Positions 1 through 9,858 of a stretch of 64,000 nt of DNA are shown here, piece by piece. Origin of the DNA: a virus (taxonomy: Duplodnaviria > Caudoviricetes); IMG/VR virus record IMGVR_UViG_2852743531_000003, positions 1 to 64,000 of that record; one strand, written 5' to 3'. A model generated the notes under the pieces. That model was not told where the DNA came from. It was given only the letters and a program-made list of their open reading frames with translations, and ran no database searches. Position 1 is the first letter of the stretch. Each line of letters begins with the position of its first letter. Position numbers and translations under genes: made by a program.

Positions 1-576
1 ATGACCAGATTGTCCATTTCGATCCGGCTGCGATGGCTTGCGGCAACAGCGATTGCGCTGGCGTCCTTGCCGGTCGCACACGCCGGTAACCACGCCAGCG
101 CGTATTGCGAACCCTCACTGCGCGCGAGTCTCGTGGCGGCCGCGCAATCCGCTCCCGGGGCCGTTCGGGAAGATGGGTCACTGTACGGAATGCAACGCTG
201 GAATGCCTGGACGAAGCGCAGCTATTTCGGCGTAGGTTTCCCGGGGCTGCTGTCATGCGCCTACACCGTCAGTGCGATTTTCCAGGGAGCCTGTCACCCG
301 ATCGGCAGGATCGCTTCGGTGTCCGCGGTCGATGCAGCCCTCTCGCGCTGGCGGAAGATCGATGCCCAGGACATGGTACAGGCCGGCGATATTGTCTTCT
401 GGCGACCTCGCCAATTGCCGGTCGTGCACCGGCTGTGCGGCGCGCACTGGCATGTCGGTATCGCAACGGGCAACGGCCGGACTGTCGATAACGACTGGTT
501 CTCGGGAAAGCCGGAGAATCACGGTATGTCCCGCCTGTGCGTTGCGTTCGACCATGCACGTAGACCACCCGATTAA
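1..576 (+). CDS. Secreted NlpC/P60/CHAP-superfamily (Cys-His) hydrolase
   Basis: Sec-type signal peptide (RLRWLAATAIALASLPVAHA). SCAYTVS, GDIVFW and HVGI match the papain-like NlpC/P60 catalytic layout. Confidence 0.6.
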   Translation: MTRLSISIRLRWLAATAIALASLPVAHAGNHASAYCEPSLRASLVAAAQSAPGAVREDGSLYGMQRWNAWTKRSYFGVGFPGLLSCAYTVSAIFQGACHPIGRIASVSAVDAALSRWRKIDAQDMVQAGDIVFWRPRQLPVVHRLCGAHWHVGIATGNGRTVDNDWFSGKPENHGMSRLCVAFDHARRPPD

Positions 577-612
577 AGCGCATTTTGTCCAACCCCGGCC
601 CCCGAATCCGGG

Positions 613-3600
613 TCACGGTGGCGGGCCCTCTTCACCTTCTTCACCCTCCTCAGGGTTCTCCTCCTCGTCTTCGCTCCCTTTCTTTTTCGCTCCCGGCTTT
701 TGCGGTTTCCCTTCGCCCGATTCATTGCCGGTCTCGCTACCCGTTTCGTCAGCCGTTTCGCTGCCCATTTCGTTACCCGTTTCCTCACCAGCCTCGTTGC
801 TACCTCCCGAGCCGGTCTCTTCCTCACCGCCCGTGTTCTCCTCGCCACCGGATCCGAACGGCGACGGCGTCAATTCGCCCTCGCCCTCAGACGTCTGCAT
901 CGCGTCGAAGCCCTCACCACCGCCGAAGTCCGGCATCTCACCGCCGCCCATGTCCGCCTCGCCACCACCACCTCCAAAGCCATAATCCTCGCCGCCTGAA
1001 GTGTCGGAGCCCGACGAATAGCTGTCGGTGGCCTCCGTCGTGCTCTTGTCCTGCACCGTCTTGAACTTCTCGTTGGCGCGGTTCGTGATCGGCAGCAAAC
1101 CCTTGAAGAACTCACCGAAGGCCTTCTGCAACTGCTCGATGTGCTCGGTCTGTATCCTGAAGACATCCACGAGCGGTTTGCCGTCCTCGTCCATCGTGGT
1201 GAGCTGGGCGAGCTCCGGCAACATGCCGTTCTCGATCATGTAGAGGCGGACGTAGTAGGCCTTGGCCACTTCCTTCAGGGTTTCGATCTTCGCAGCGACA
1301 TCGCCAGCCGTATCGACGTTGAAAAATTTCTCGGAGATCCACGCTTCGAGCCCGGCCTCAAGCGCCTTCGTGTAAGTCTCGAGCGCCGTCACCTGGTTTT
1401 CCAGCGTCGACGAGTTCGGCCGCGGCAACGACACCTCGACGTTCATCAGAAACTCGATCAGGATCTGCTCGACGAGGTATTCCTTCTGCTCTTCGCCGAC
1501 ATTCCTGTCTCCTGCCGGCCGCTCCGTGATCACGGGCACTTCCGCTTTGCGGTCCGGTGCGGCGCCCGCACGATACGTCGACCAGTTGCGCGCCTCCTGC
1601 CGGTCCTCCCTGTCGAACTTCAGCTTGGCGAAGTTATCGCGCAGGATCTGCTTGAGGTCGGCCATCGTCTCCGCCGTATTCATCACGTGGATGCGCATAT
1701 GCGCCGCAAGCTGCGGATGAAACTCGTCCTGCAACTGCATCACGCGTTTGGACATCAGCGTATTGCTCGTGACGATCGAGGTGGCGAACTCGGGTTGGCT
1801 CGCGGTATCGATGAGCTCGGGTGGTGTGCCGACCTTCATGAGCGCGCGCTTGCGCAGGTTGTCCTCGAGATCCGTATCGGGCTTGGCATAGCTGGTATTC
1901 CGCTCGCCAAAGTCGATGTTCACGTCCGGGTAACCGGGATGGCCCTCCACTACGAAATTGAAGCCCGCTCGCGCGATGAAGTCCAGCACGTCATAGGGCG
2001 AACTGATTCCGACTGGCATCTGGTTTGAACGCAGACGCGCGGTCTCGTTCATAATGGTTTCCATCGTCTTCTCGGGGTTCGGATCCTCCTCATCGAGTTT
2101 GATCTTCACATCCGTGCGGGCGATGGAATTGCGCACGCCCGCCATCACGTTGGAGAAGAGCAGTGTCGTGCGCAGCCCGTTCAGGATGCGGATCTCGTCG
2201 AGCAGCGACTCCCCGATCCCGTTCTCGTTGAACCGGAAGGCGAAGTAGGTCATGAACTCCGCGGGAATGAAGAGCAGCTGGCTATTCTGTCTGGCCAGCG
2301 CCCGCGCAAACATCACGCGATAGATTTCCTCGCGCCGCGCGAGCTCGACGCCGGAGCCATAGACACCATTGCGCAGGCGCGCGAGCAGGTCCTGCTCGAT
2401 CATGTCACCGTAGACCCTGGCGCTGTAATCGAGCGATTCCCGGTTCGTGAAATTGAAACCCTCCATCTGCGACTTCACCTTGTTGATCATCGCGGAGGGA
2501 AACGCACCGCCGGTGTTCAGCTGCTGCGTCATCTGCTGGTAGGAGTCGGTGATCGCCTGCCTGACGATCGGATGCCCTTCCATGTCCAGCAGCACGAAGA
2601 ATCCAACCTGATGCTCAGGCGTGCCCGGCACATGCACCGGGATCACCGCCTCGGAAGGAATGTGCATGGTGAGCGGGCTGCCGACCGTGCGGCGCGTGAG
2701 CTGCTCCTGGGTCTTCACGCTTGCGATGGGTTGATACCCATACTGCCGGTTGCGATAGAGCACGCCCGTAAGTTCGCGATCGTTCATCTGCGCGATCGAC
2801 ATGTCGCGGCCGTAGCCCACCGATTCCAGCGCTGGCGATCTGAGCGCTTCGAGAATCCGGCACTCACGGATCTTCTGCCTGATCTCCGGGATCTTGAGCA
2901 CCGTCGGGTTGTCGGTCACGCTCAGAAAAACCTCATCCTCGCGCAACGGCTGCGCGAATCCCAGTTCGAACCGGACCCGCCCGACGTGCCGGCTTTCCCA
3001 CGCGTTGAAGCGCCAGTCAGCAAACGACTCGGCCGAGATGCTGGTCATGCTTTGCTCGGTGGGCGCCGTCTTCTGTACCGGCCCGAGTATCCCGAGAGGC
3101 CTCACCGTGCCATCGGCATAGATGTGCTCCGAGAGCGACTCCATCGACAGGCGCTGCTCGCCATTGATCACCGCGTCGACCGAATTTTCTGGAATCACGG
3201 CAACCGGATATGAGCCCGTCCTGAAGAGCGCAGCCCTCAGGATCTCGGGAATGAGCGCCTTAATTTTATGAACCTGCTCAAAATGCCGGCGATAGCGATC
3301 AATGAGCGCGCCGCTCACATCGGGCGGCATCAGCCCTTCTGGCGGTGTGAAGGTCAGGTCGATCGACATCATGTCCTTCGGCGACCCGATGCTGGCCACG
3401 AGTACCTGCTGCGCGAGCTCCATGTCGGGCAGCAGGCCCATGACGGTTTCCGCGTCATTGATGTTGCGGGCAGTCTGCTCCGCCGCATTGCGGAACTCAT
3501 ACAGGTTGGGTTGCGTGATCTCCCTCTGACCCTCCTGGTTGTATTGCACCGGATTGGTGGACGGGACCAGCTTGGCGAGTATGGCCGCGGTCTCCGGGTC

Positions 3601-3681
3601 GCGCCGCACGAGTTGCAGAACGTGGAATTTCCTGCCCGTTGCGGCCGATTCAATCACCCGCCGGTAGGCACTTGAATTCAT
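613..3681 (-). CDS. Probable portal protein, phiKZ gp129-like, with acidic Gly/Glu-rich C-terminal tail
   Basis: 1022 aa from ATG 3681 with a purine-rich RBS. Segments such as SEAVIPVHVPGTPEHQVGFFVLLD and FIPAEFMTYFAFRFNENGIGESLL resemble phiKZ-like portals. Divergent from a gp128/gp127-like pair. Confidence 0.7.
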   Translation of the reverse strand: MNSSAYRRVIESAATGRKFHVLQLVRRDPETAAILAKLVPSTNPVQYNQEGQREITQPNLYEFRNAAEQTARNINDAETVMGLLPDMELAQQVLVASIGSPKDMMSIDLTFTPPEGLMPPDVSGALIDRYRRHFEQVHKIKALIPEILRAALFRTGSYPVAVIPENSVDAVINGEQRLSMESLSEHIYADGTVRPLGILGPVQKTAPTEQSMTSISAESFADWRFNAWESRHVGRVRFELGFAQPLREDEVFLSVTDNPTVLKIPEIRQKIRECRILEALRSPALESVGYGRDMSIAQMNDRELTGVLYRNRQYGYQPIASVKTQEQLTRRTVGSPLTMHIPSEAVIPVHVPGTPEHQVGFFVLLDMEGHPIVRQAITDSYQQMTQQLNTGGAFPSAMINKVKSQMEGFNFTNRESLDYSARVYGDMIEQDLLARLRNGVYGSGVELARREEIYRVMFARALARQNSQLLFIPAEFMTYFAFRFNENGIGESLLDEIRILNGLRTTLLFSNVMAGVRNSIARTDVKIKLDEEDPNPEKTMETIMNETARLRSNQMPVGISSPYDVLDFIARAGFNFVVEGHPGYPDVNIDFGERNTSYAKPDTDLEDNLRKRALMKVGTPPELIDTASQPEFATSIVTSNTLMSKRVMQLQDEFHPQLAAHMRIHVMNTAETMADLKQILRDNFAKLKFDREDRQEARNWSTYRAGAAPDRKAEVPVITERPAGDRNVGEEQKEYLVEQILIEFLMNVEVSLPRPNSSTLENQVTALETYTKALEAGLEAWISEKFFNVDTAGDVAAKIETLKEVAKAYYVRLYMIENGMLPELAQLTTMDEDGKPLVDVFRIQTEHIEQLQKAFGEFFKGLLPITNRANEKFKTVQDKSTTEATDSYSSGSDTSGGEDYGFGGGGGEADMGGGEMPDFGGGEGFDAMQTSEGEGELTPSPFGSGGEENTGGEEETGSGGSNEAGEETGNEMGSETADETGSETGNESGEGKPQKPGAKKKGSEDEEENPEEGEEGEEGPPP

Positions 3682-3753
3682 GCTTTCCCCTTTTCCCGGA
3701 TCCGGGAACCGCTTCAGCAACCTTTGCGCGCACCCTCCGCCCGGAGCACTGCC

Positions 3754-6087
3754 GTGGCATCGAGCAATTCCAATGAGTTCCAGGTCTATATCAACCAGTG
3801 CATCCAGCTCGCGAGCACCCTCACGATCAAGTCACAGGAAAGTTTGGATGGACTGAACCAGTATGTAAAGGACTACTATGGATTGATGAGATTTGACGAG
3901 ACAGAGCCGACCACGTGGAAGTACTACATGAACGTGGCCGGGCAGTACCACTTCACGGATACGCCCATGCAGGTGAAATCGCTTGACAGCATGCAGATCA
4001 TCGATTTCACCGTGGAGAACCTCAAGGTCCATACAGCGACTGCTGCCGCCTACCAGTTTGGAACATGGGAGTACTATCAGCTCGTCACGCAATACCCGAA
4101 GCAGGTGTTCCTGATCCTTGGAATCATCTATCCGGTTGAGGTTCAGAGCGCGATCAGCGCGGCCGATGGCGACATTCTCGGGTGGCCAGCATCGCTCATC
4201 GAACCCAACGAGTTCAGCCTGGTGCAAAAGCTTCAGGGCTGGATCAAGGCCTTCAAGAACCGCTGGTTCAATCCGCAGTACGGGATCAGTGACGAGCTTT
4301 ACTTCACGGTCCAGAATTCGAACCTGTACTACGGCCTCGCCATGGCGATCATTTCGTATCGCCTTGCCGCCTGTGGCACCGCCGAAGCCCACAGCTACCA
4401 CGTGAGGCAGTATCTCGCATCGCATCTCGGACTCGATGCGTACTACGATCAGCTCACGCTCGCGCAATCCATCTGGCTGTACCGCAACATCAACTATATC
4501 GAGCGCAATGCTGGCAAGCAGTCCACCTTCAGGACACTCATCCAGAAGCTGCTAACGGACCGCGGCATACCGCTGGCAGCCTACGTGATGAACCACAACG
4601 TGTCCGATATGCCGGATTCGCTCTATCCGGCGATCGAGTTCGACGCCATCGCACTGAACCTCGGCTACAACGCTGTCGCGGACACCACGTGGACGCTCGA
4701 CCAGATGCTCGACAATGAGCAGCCAGTGGCCGTGGGCAATGCGCTGGTCCAGACCGACGTCGAAGCCAATATCCAGACGCGTATGGAGAATTCGCGCTCA
4801 AACACCTTGCAGACCAAGGTGCTCAATTCAGCCATGATTGATATGTCTGGATCGAGCCCCTACACGCTCGAGGATATCCTGCTCCACCACTGGGCCTTCT
4901 TCGCGAGCAAGGATCTCTACACGGCTTTTCTCGTCGTGAACAACCCCGTGACGGGAGAGCCGATCGTGCCCATGACCGCGAAGGACGGCTTTGCGTTCAT
5001 GATCTACTGCTTCTGCCAGTCGGTCGGCTTTGACCTGACCAATGAGCCTGTCCCGAGCGTGATCGCTACACGTGTGCAGCGCATTCCCACGCCACCGATA
5101 GCGGACCTGATGTCCGTGGTTGACTCCGGGCTCGTGACACAGGATATCGCCCTTGAAGCGCTGTCCTGGCAGCCGGCAATTGTGCCGATGATCTCGGTTC
5201 ATGCCTTCTGCGCCACGGCGAACGCAATCTGGCAGGCCGCCACCAACCAGTGGAAGCTGATCGCCTTTCAGGAGCATGAGGAACGTCGCGGCATGGTCTT
5301 CGGAATGGTCGAACGCATCTACTCCGACAACGTGATCCAGCTCGGCGACGGCAGTATCAACGGCAGCGGCGAAACCTACGCACAGTGGTTCAGGCTGCGC
5401 AATATCGACATCACAGTCTTCTCCGCTGACGACTATGGGCTCATGTACCAGTCGCTCATCGAGGCTGCCACCGGAGTGAACCTGCAGTCGACCCACTCTG
5501 TCGCAAACCTGCAGGCGGCCATGCTCTCCATGATGCAGAAGCTCTCCAGCTACAGCATCCAGTTCATTTCCGGGATCAACGACTCCACGATCAGGGACGT
5601 CGGTTCGGCCATCATACGAACGGGCGACAACCTCACGGCGTCCGTTGAGGATGTCTACGACGGTGATACTGAAGTCGATGTCATCCGTCACAGCACCCTC
5701 GCGAGGGTGCATTTCGATTACGACATCAATGCCGCGAGGGTTGGCCAGATCGGCAACCGCCTCGAAGCATCGGCGCAATCGAGTGTGAAGGAACGGATCG
5801 GTCTGGTCGTACGGCCGGCGCGCGATCCGATCGACGTCTACGGCTACGTCAGCATGCAGGGCATTGACGTGCGCTCAACGATACGTGTCTCAACGGGAAA
5901 CCCTGTCATTCCTCCGTTGATTGGCATCGAGAACTGGCTCGCGCTATCCGATACGGATCGGGCCGCCTCCATCGTCAGCATCTGGCCGCCGCCCTGGCAG
6001 ACACCCGGCGCCCCCCTACCCCAACTCCCGGATATCTGGCCAGTCAGGAATCTCGGCGGCCTCACGTACACGCCACCATCTGACTAG
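3754..6087 (+). CDS. Virion structural (baseplate-associated) protein, phiKZ gp128-like
   Basis: GTG 3754 after GGAG. Motifs TWKYYMNVAGQYHFTD, AHSYHVRQYLASH, WLYRNINYIERNAGKQSTF. Synteny with the portal. Confidence 0.65.
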   Translation: MASSNSNEFQVYINQCIQLASTLTIKSQESLDGLNQYVKDYYGLMRFDETEPTTWKYYMNVAGQYHFTDTPMQVKSLDSMQIIDFTVENLKVHTATAAAYQFGTWEYYQLVTQYPKQVFLILGIIYPVEVQSAISAADGDILGWPASLIEPNEFSLVQKLQGWIKAFKNRWFNPQYGISDELYFTVQNSNLYYGLAMAIISYRLAACGTAEAHSYHVRQYLASHLGLDAYYDQLTLAQSIWLYRNINYIERNAGKQSTFRTLIQKLLTDRGIPLAAYVMNHNVSDMPDSLYPAIEFDAIALNLGYNAVADTTWTLDQMLDNEQPVAVGNALVQTDVEANIQTRMENSRSNTLQTKVLNSAMIDMSGSSPYTLEDILLHHWAFFASKDLYTAFLVVNNPVTGEPIVPMTAKDGFAFMIYCFCQSVGFDLTNEPVPSVIATRVQRIPTPPIADLMSVVDSGLVTQDIALEALSWQPAIVPMISVHAFCATANAIWQAATNQWKLIAFQEHEERRGMVFGMVERIYSDNVIQLGDGSINGSGETYAQWFRLRNIDITVFSADDYGLMYQSLIEAATGVNLQSTHSVANLQAAMLSMMQKLSSYSIQFISGINDSTIRDVGSAIIRTGDNLTASVEDVYDGDTEVDVIRHSTLARVHFDYDINAARVGQIGNRLEASAQSSVKERIGLVVRPARDPIDVYGYVSMQGIDVRSTIRVSTGNPVIPPLIGIENWLALSDTDRAASIVSIWPPPWQTPGAPLPQLPDIWPVRNLGGLTYTPPSD

Positions 6088-6140
6088 ACCAGCCCGCCGC
6101 TCCTTCCGGCCGGCTCGCGTCATTTGATCAGGATACCTAA

Positions 6141-7013
6141 ATGGAACAGAGTCAGCGCACGGCATGGGGCGCGTATCTGCAGACGTGCCTGCTGCAGAAC
6201 CTTCCCTTCACGATGATGGCGAACACCACGCTCAACGAGAAGTTTGGTGTACAGGCAGGTGTGGCACCCTCACCTGGCATCCTCCCCTCCCAGCGCTACT
6301 ACTGCATCGGCAATGGTGGCGCAGGTGTGACAGCCGGCGCCGACAACGTCGCGCTTTCGCAGCCCCTGCAGCATCAGGCAACGGATGCCGCACTATTCAA
6401 TCACCTGCCTTTCATCATGCGCCCGGTGAACGCGGACCTCGCCACCTCGCAGATGGCCCAGTATGCCCTGCGACAGGTGATCACCTGGAATAGCGTGCCC
6501 TATGCATGCTACTTCCTGCGCAGGATCGATTTCACGGGTGTGGGGGTCGAACTGAACATGGTGACGGTAGCGGGCGGCGTCTCCACCATCACGCCCTATG
6601 TGCCGGATGCATCCAACCTCAATCCACAGCCGTCCACCCCAGCAAACGGGTCAATCAACATTCTCTCAGGCGACTTCATCACCGCGGCCGCCATCGTCAA
6701 GCTCTTCTTCAACGCACAGGACGTTACCGAACTGCTTAATTGCGCCAACATCATCTACGGCGATCCGAGATACGCAGTCGTCAACGAGATCGGGCTTGTC
6801 AGCGGCGTGGACAAGGTGGTGAACGTCCCGGTATCAGGCGGATCGTTCAACGTGAACGAGGTCATCTGCGCCCAGATCTGCTCGTTCTTCAACACGTATC
6901 AGGCAATGAACTACCAGAACGGCGGCGTCAACATCAATCTGAGCGTTGGCGCCACCGAACCGCTCTTCGTGCTTCAGAACACCGGCGCCCAATCTGGTAC
7001 TTCCACTGGCTAG
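6141..7013 (+). CDS. Virion structural protein, phiKZ gp127-like
   Basis: 290 aa. TTLNEKF, YYCIGNGG, ALFNHLPF and EIGLVSG motifs. Directly follows the gp128-like gene. Confidence 0.65.
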   Translation: MEQSQRTAWGAYLQTCLLQNLPFTMMANTTLNEKFGVQAGVAPSPGILPSQRYYCIGNGGAGVTAGADNVALSQPLQHQATDAALFNHLPFIMRPVNADLATSQMAQYALRQVITWNSVPYACYFLRRIDFTGVGVELNMVTVAGGVSTITPYVPDASNLNPQPSTPANGSINILSGDFITAAAIVKLFFNAQDVTELLNCANIIYGDPRYAVVNEIGLVSGVDKVVNVPVSGGSFNVNEVICAQICSFFNTYQAMNYQNGGVNINLSVGATEPLFVLQNTGAQSGTSTG

Positions 7014-7022
7014 GGAGTACCT

Positions 7023-7622
7023 ATGCTGAGCATGCCGGCAGACTCGCCACAGGAAATCTGCATCGTCGGCATCGATCCGGGAAGCGTGCATCTCGGCACA
7101 GCAGTGTTGTACATCGACCTCGCGACGCTGCGAATTACACGCACGACAGCGTGCACGCTGGACGCGCTGCATTTGACAACACGGTTGCCCGCGACGCTGT
7201 GGACCTCGCAACTTTTCGGTGAGCGCCTGGGCCGGATTGCGTCACTCGAAGACGCGCTCGTGTCGCTATTTCGGGAGATCGACCCGATCATGATTGCCTG
7301 CGAGGCTCCTTTCATCAATCTGCGACGCCCCCAGGCCCACGGCGTCCTGACCGAGGTGATCTGTGGCGTGCGTCGGGCCGTGATGCGCTACGACATCTGG
7401 AAGGCCCTTTATCTCATTGATCCGGCGAGTGTGAAGACCGCCGTCGGTGCGAAAGGCAATGCGGACAAGGACACAGTGCGAGACGCGCTTCTGCGCCTGC
7501 CTGAGCTTCACTACAACGGCGAAATTCCGCTCCAGTTACTCGACGAGCACAGCATCGACGCGATTGCAGTGGGGTATTCGCACTGGAAAGCATGGCTGGA
7601 GGTCTCATGTTTGACAAACTGA
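7023..7622 (+). CDS. ruvC: Holliday junction resolvase RuvC
   Basis: GIDPG, IACE and DEHSIDAIAV acidic catalytic motifs. GGAG RBS. Confidence 0.9.
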   Translation: MLSMPADSPQEICIVGIDPGSVHLGTAVLYIDLATLRITRTTACTLDALHLTTRLPATLWTSQLFGERLGRIASLEDALVSLFREIDPIMIACEAPFINLRRPQAHGVLTEVICGVRRAVMRYDIWKALYLIDPASVKTAVGAKGNADKDTVRDALLRLPELHYNGEIPLQLLDEHSIDAIAVGYSHWKAWLEVSCLTN

Positions 7623-8155
7623 AGGCATACGCCGCAGTCATCGTCGGCACAGTGGTGCTCGCGCTTATGGCAAGCCTGGTTGCCTATGGCGCGTACCAGG
7701 CTCACAAGGTCAAGACCCTCAATGCAAGCCTGACGGCAGCCCAGCAACAGGTCAGCGATCTGCAGGCGGCCAATAGAAACCTCACCCAGCAGCTACAGCT
7801 CGCGCAGACCCTCAACCGGGTCAATGACGAAGTGGTCACCACCGTCGTGCAGGCCAAAGCTGACATGGCGGCCGCGCAGGGTTCCATCGCATCGTCTACA
7901 AAAGCCCAGATTGAAAGCGTCAAGACGAAGTACGCCCCAGCAGCCGGCCAGATGAAAAAGCAGGAAGAGGCTGACGCCGAGGCGCGCGAGATCAGCGCGA
8001 TCCAGATCACCGGACTCTGGCAGAGCTACTGCGCGGCCGCCCCTGCGAATGCGGCAGGGTGTGTGGAATTTACCTCTCCCAGCCATGCTACGCCCAGTGC
8101 GCCCGCGGACATTCCATCAACACTTGTGCCACCCCCCTCCGGCCCGGACGGCTGA
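7607..8155 (+). CDS. Putative inner-membrane spanin (Rz-like)
   Basis: ATG 7607 after GGAGG. Single N-terminal TM helix, then a long Gln/Ala-rich coiled coil and two C-terminal Cys. Confidence 0.65.
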   Translation: MFDKLKAYAAVIVGTVVLALMASLVAYGAYQAHKVKTLNASLTAAQQQVSDLQAANRNLTQQLQLAQTLNRVNDEVVTTVVQAKADMAAAQGSIASSTKAQIESVKTKYAPAAGQMKKQEEADAEAREISAIQITGLWQSYCAAAPANAAGCVEFTSPSHATPSAPADIPSTLVPPPSGPDG

Positions 8156-8195
8156 TCGATCAATGTCACCCTGGCCAGAACCTGAGGGTAAGACG

Positions 8196-8561
8196 ATGAA
8201 ACGATTTAACGCGCTCGCCGCAACAGGCTTGACCGCCTTGTGTGTTGCAGGCTGCTCGACTACCCCGGCGGTCGTCAACCACTACCAGACGATCCTTCCC
8301 GAGATCCCCGCCATTCTCCTTGCCGATTGCCCGGTAGCGCCGCCGCCAGATCGCACGCAATATCTCTCGAGCGACTGGGAGGGAAAGGAAGACCTGCTCT
8401 CACAGGTGTATATCGCCCAGACGACCAATCTCGCCAACTGCAATATCGACAAAAAAAATCTGCGCACCTGGTGGGCCCAGACGAAAGCGGCCGTGGACAA
8501 GGCAAATGCCGCCGCCGCGCCAACCGGCACTGACGCACCCGGTGGCGGAGCTCCACAATGA
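8196..8561 (+). CDS. Putative outer-membrane lipoprotein spanin (Rz1-like)
   Basis: Lipobox CVAG-C, Pro-rich IPAILLADCPVAPPP, then LANCNIDK, which is typical of o-spanins. Follows the i-spanin candidate. Confidence 0.7.
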   Translation: MKRFNALAATGLTALCVAGCSTTPAVVNHYQTILPEIPAILLADCPVAPPPDRTQYLSSDWEGKEDLLSQVYIAQTTNLANCNIDKKNLRTWWAQTKAAVDKANAAAAPTGTDAPGGGAPQ

Positions 8562-9049
8562 AAGAAGAGATCGCGCAGACCATCAGGGTCGTGCTGTCAG
8601 ATGTCGAAGACCCGGTACCCCTGCATAGCTACGAAGGAGCACCGCACGCCCTGCGTGACCTGCTGGTCGCCTACCAGACGCTCGCCGCGACACGCAGGCA
8701 ACTGCCGGCGCTCAGCCAGGAGTCGACCGGCGCCGAGCTGAAGGACGCGATTGGCCAGCTTGAGCCCTCGCAGGCCATGGTCCTTATGGCCCGCTATGTC
8801 GCGGGCAAACGTCATGCCCATGAGGGCAGCCCGTCCGGATCCGCGACAACCCTGTCTGTGGACGTCGCAAACCTGCAGACACAGATCTATCTGCTCGCGG
8901 TCGTTCTCGCAGTCTTCATCGTGCTGACCATCGCGGCCGCCATCTACGCCACCCTCGTTCACTTCGGCATCGTGACACCGGGCGCGGTGTCTCGGGAAAT
9001 GCTCAACCTGATGAAGGACGCCGTCAAGACGCTGTGGGGTATCGATTAA
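8558..9049 (+). CDS. Membrane protein, possible holin/antiholin
   Basis: ATGA overlap with the o-spanin. One strong C-proximal TM segment (IYLLAVVLAVFIVLTIAAAIYATLV). Function inferred from context only. Confidence 0.4.
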   Translation: MKEEIAQTIRVVLSDVEDPVPLHSYEGAPHALRDLLVAYQTLAATRRQLPALSQESTGAELKDAIGQLEPSQAMVLMARYVAGKRHAHEGSPSGSATTLSVDVANLQTQIYLLAVVLAVFIVLTIAAAIYATLVHFGIVTPGAVSREMLNLMKDAVKTLWGID

Positions 9050-9075
9050 GGTCCGACTCCCGCCAGGAGCGCGTC

Positions 9076-9858
9076 ATGTCCAGCCTGCTGAAACTGGCGC
9101 TCGAAGAAGATGCATCGGGCGCGAACTTCCACGAAATCGAATACGTCTTCTACGCAAGACTGCCCGAGGTCCAGCCAGAGGCGACAGGCTCCCTTCCGAC
9201 TGTAGCGCCCCCGTCAGGTTTCACGTCCGCCGAGCGGCACGAACAGTGGGAAATCAAGGTTCCCCAGAGCGACGCGAACGGCGGCCGGGGCACTATCCGC
9301 ATCCGTCGTACGACCTGGCCCGATGAACGTGGCAAGGCAGCCCAATACGTCCTCACCACCAAGGTGAAGCTGAAGGACGGCACGAACTCGGAAGTGCCGA
9401 TCGGAACGACCGGGGATAACTTCCGGCAATTCAGGGTCCTGGCCGAAAGCGGCATGCTCAAGGACCGGTACACCTATCCCGTTGCTGAAGGCGCGCTTCC
9501 TGAAAGCATGGGGCATGGCCTCAAGTGGGAGGTGGATTTCTTCCACCGGTCGCCCCCTGAGGCATCCGGCGCGCCGGGCGCGATCCCGCGTCGCCCTGCC
9601 TGGCACCCCTGGGTCAAGATCGATCTCGAAGTCCGGCAGCGCATTTCTCCCCTTGCCACCACCGAAATCGATTCGTGGCCTTTTCCCTTCGAAGCGGAAG
9701 AGTGGATTGTCAACCAGAGGGGTGGCCAGACGCCCGAAGAAGAGGCGCGGATCGATGAGATCTACGAGCGCTGCTTTCTCATCAGGAACCCCTACGCCCG
9801 CGCCACCCTCCCCAGCCATCAACCGGATTCCCGTCAACCCGGAGCGCACGCATCATGA
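9076..9858 (+). CDS. CYTH-like (triphosphate tunnel) domain protein
   Basis: ATG 9076 after AGGAG. HEIEYVFY, IRIR, KDRY, WEVDFF and KIDLEV follow the CYTH pattern. Confidence 0.65.
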   Translation: MSSLLKLALEEDASGANFHEIEYVFYARLPEVQPEATGSLPTVAPPSGFTSAERHEQWEIKVPQSDANGGRGTIRIRRTTWPDERGKAAQYVLTTKVKLKDGTNSEVPIGTTGDNFRQFRVLAESGMLKDRYTYPVAEGALPESMGHGLKWEVDFFHRSPPEASGAPGAIPRRPAWHPWVKIDLEVRQRISPLATTEIDSWPFPFEAEEWIVNQRGGQTPEEEARIDEIYERCFLIRNPYARATLPSHQPDSRQPGAHAS

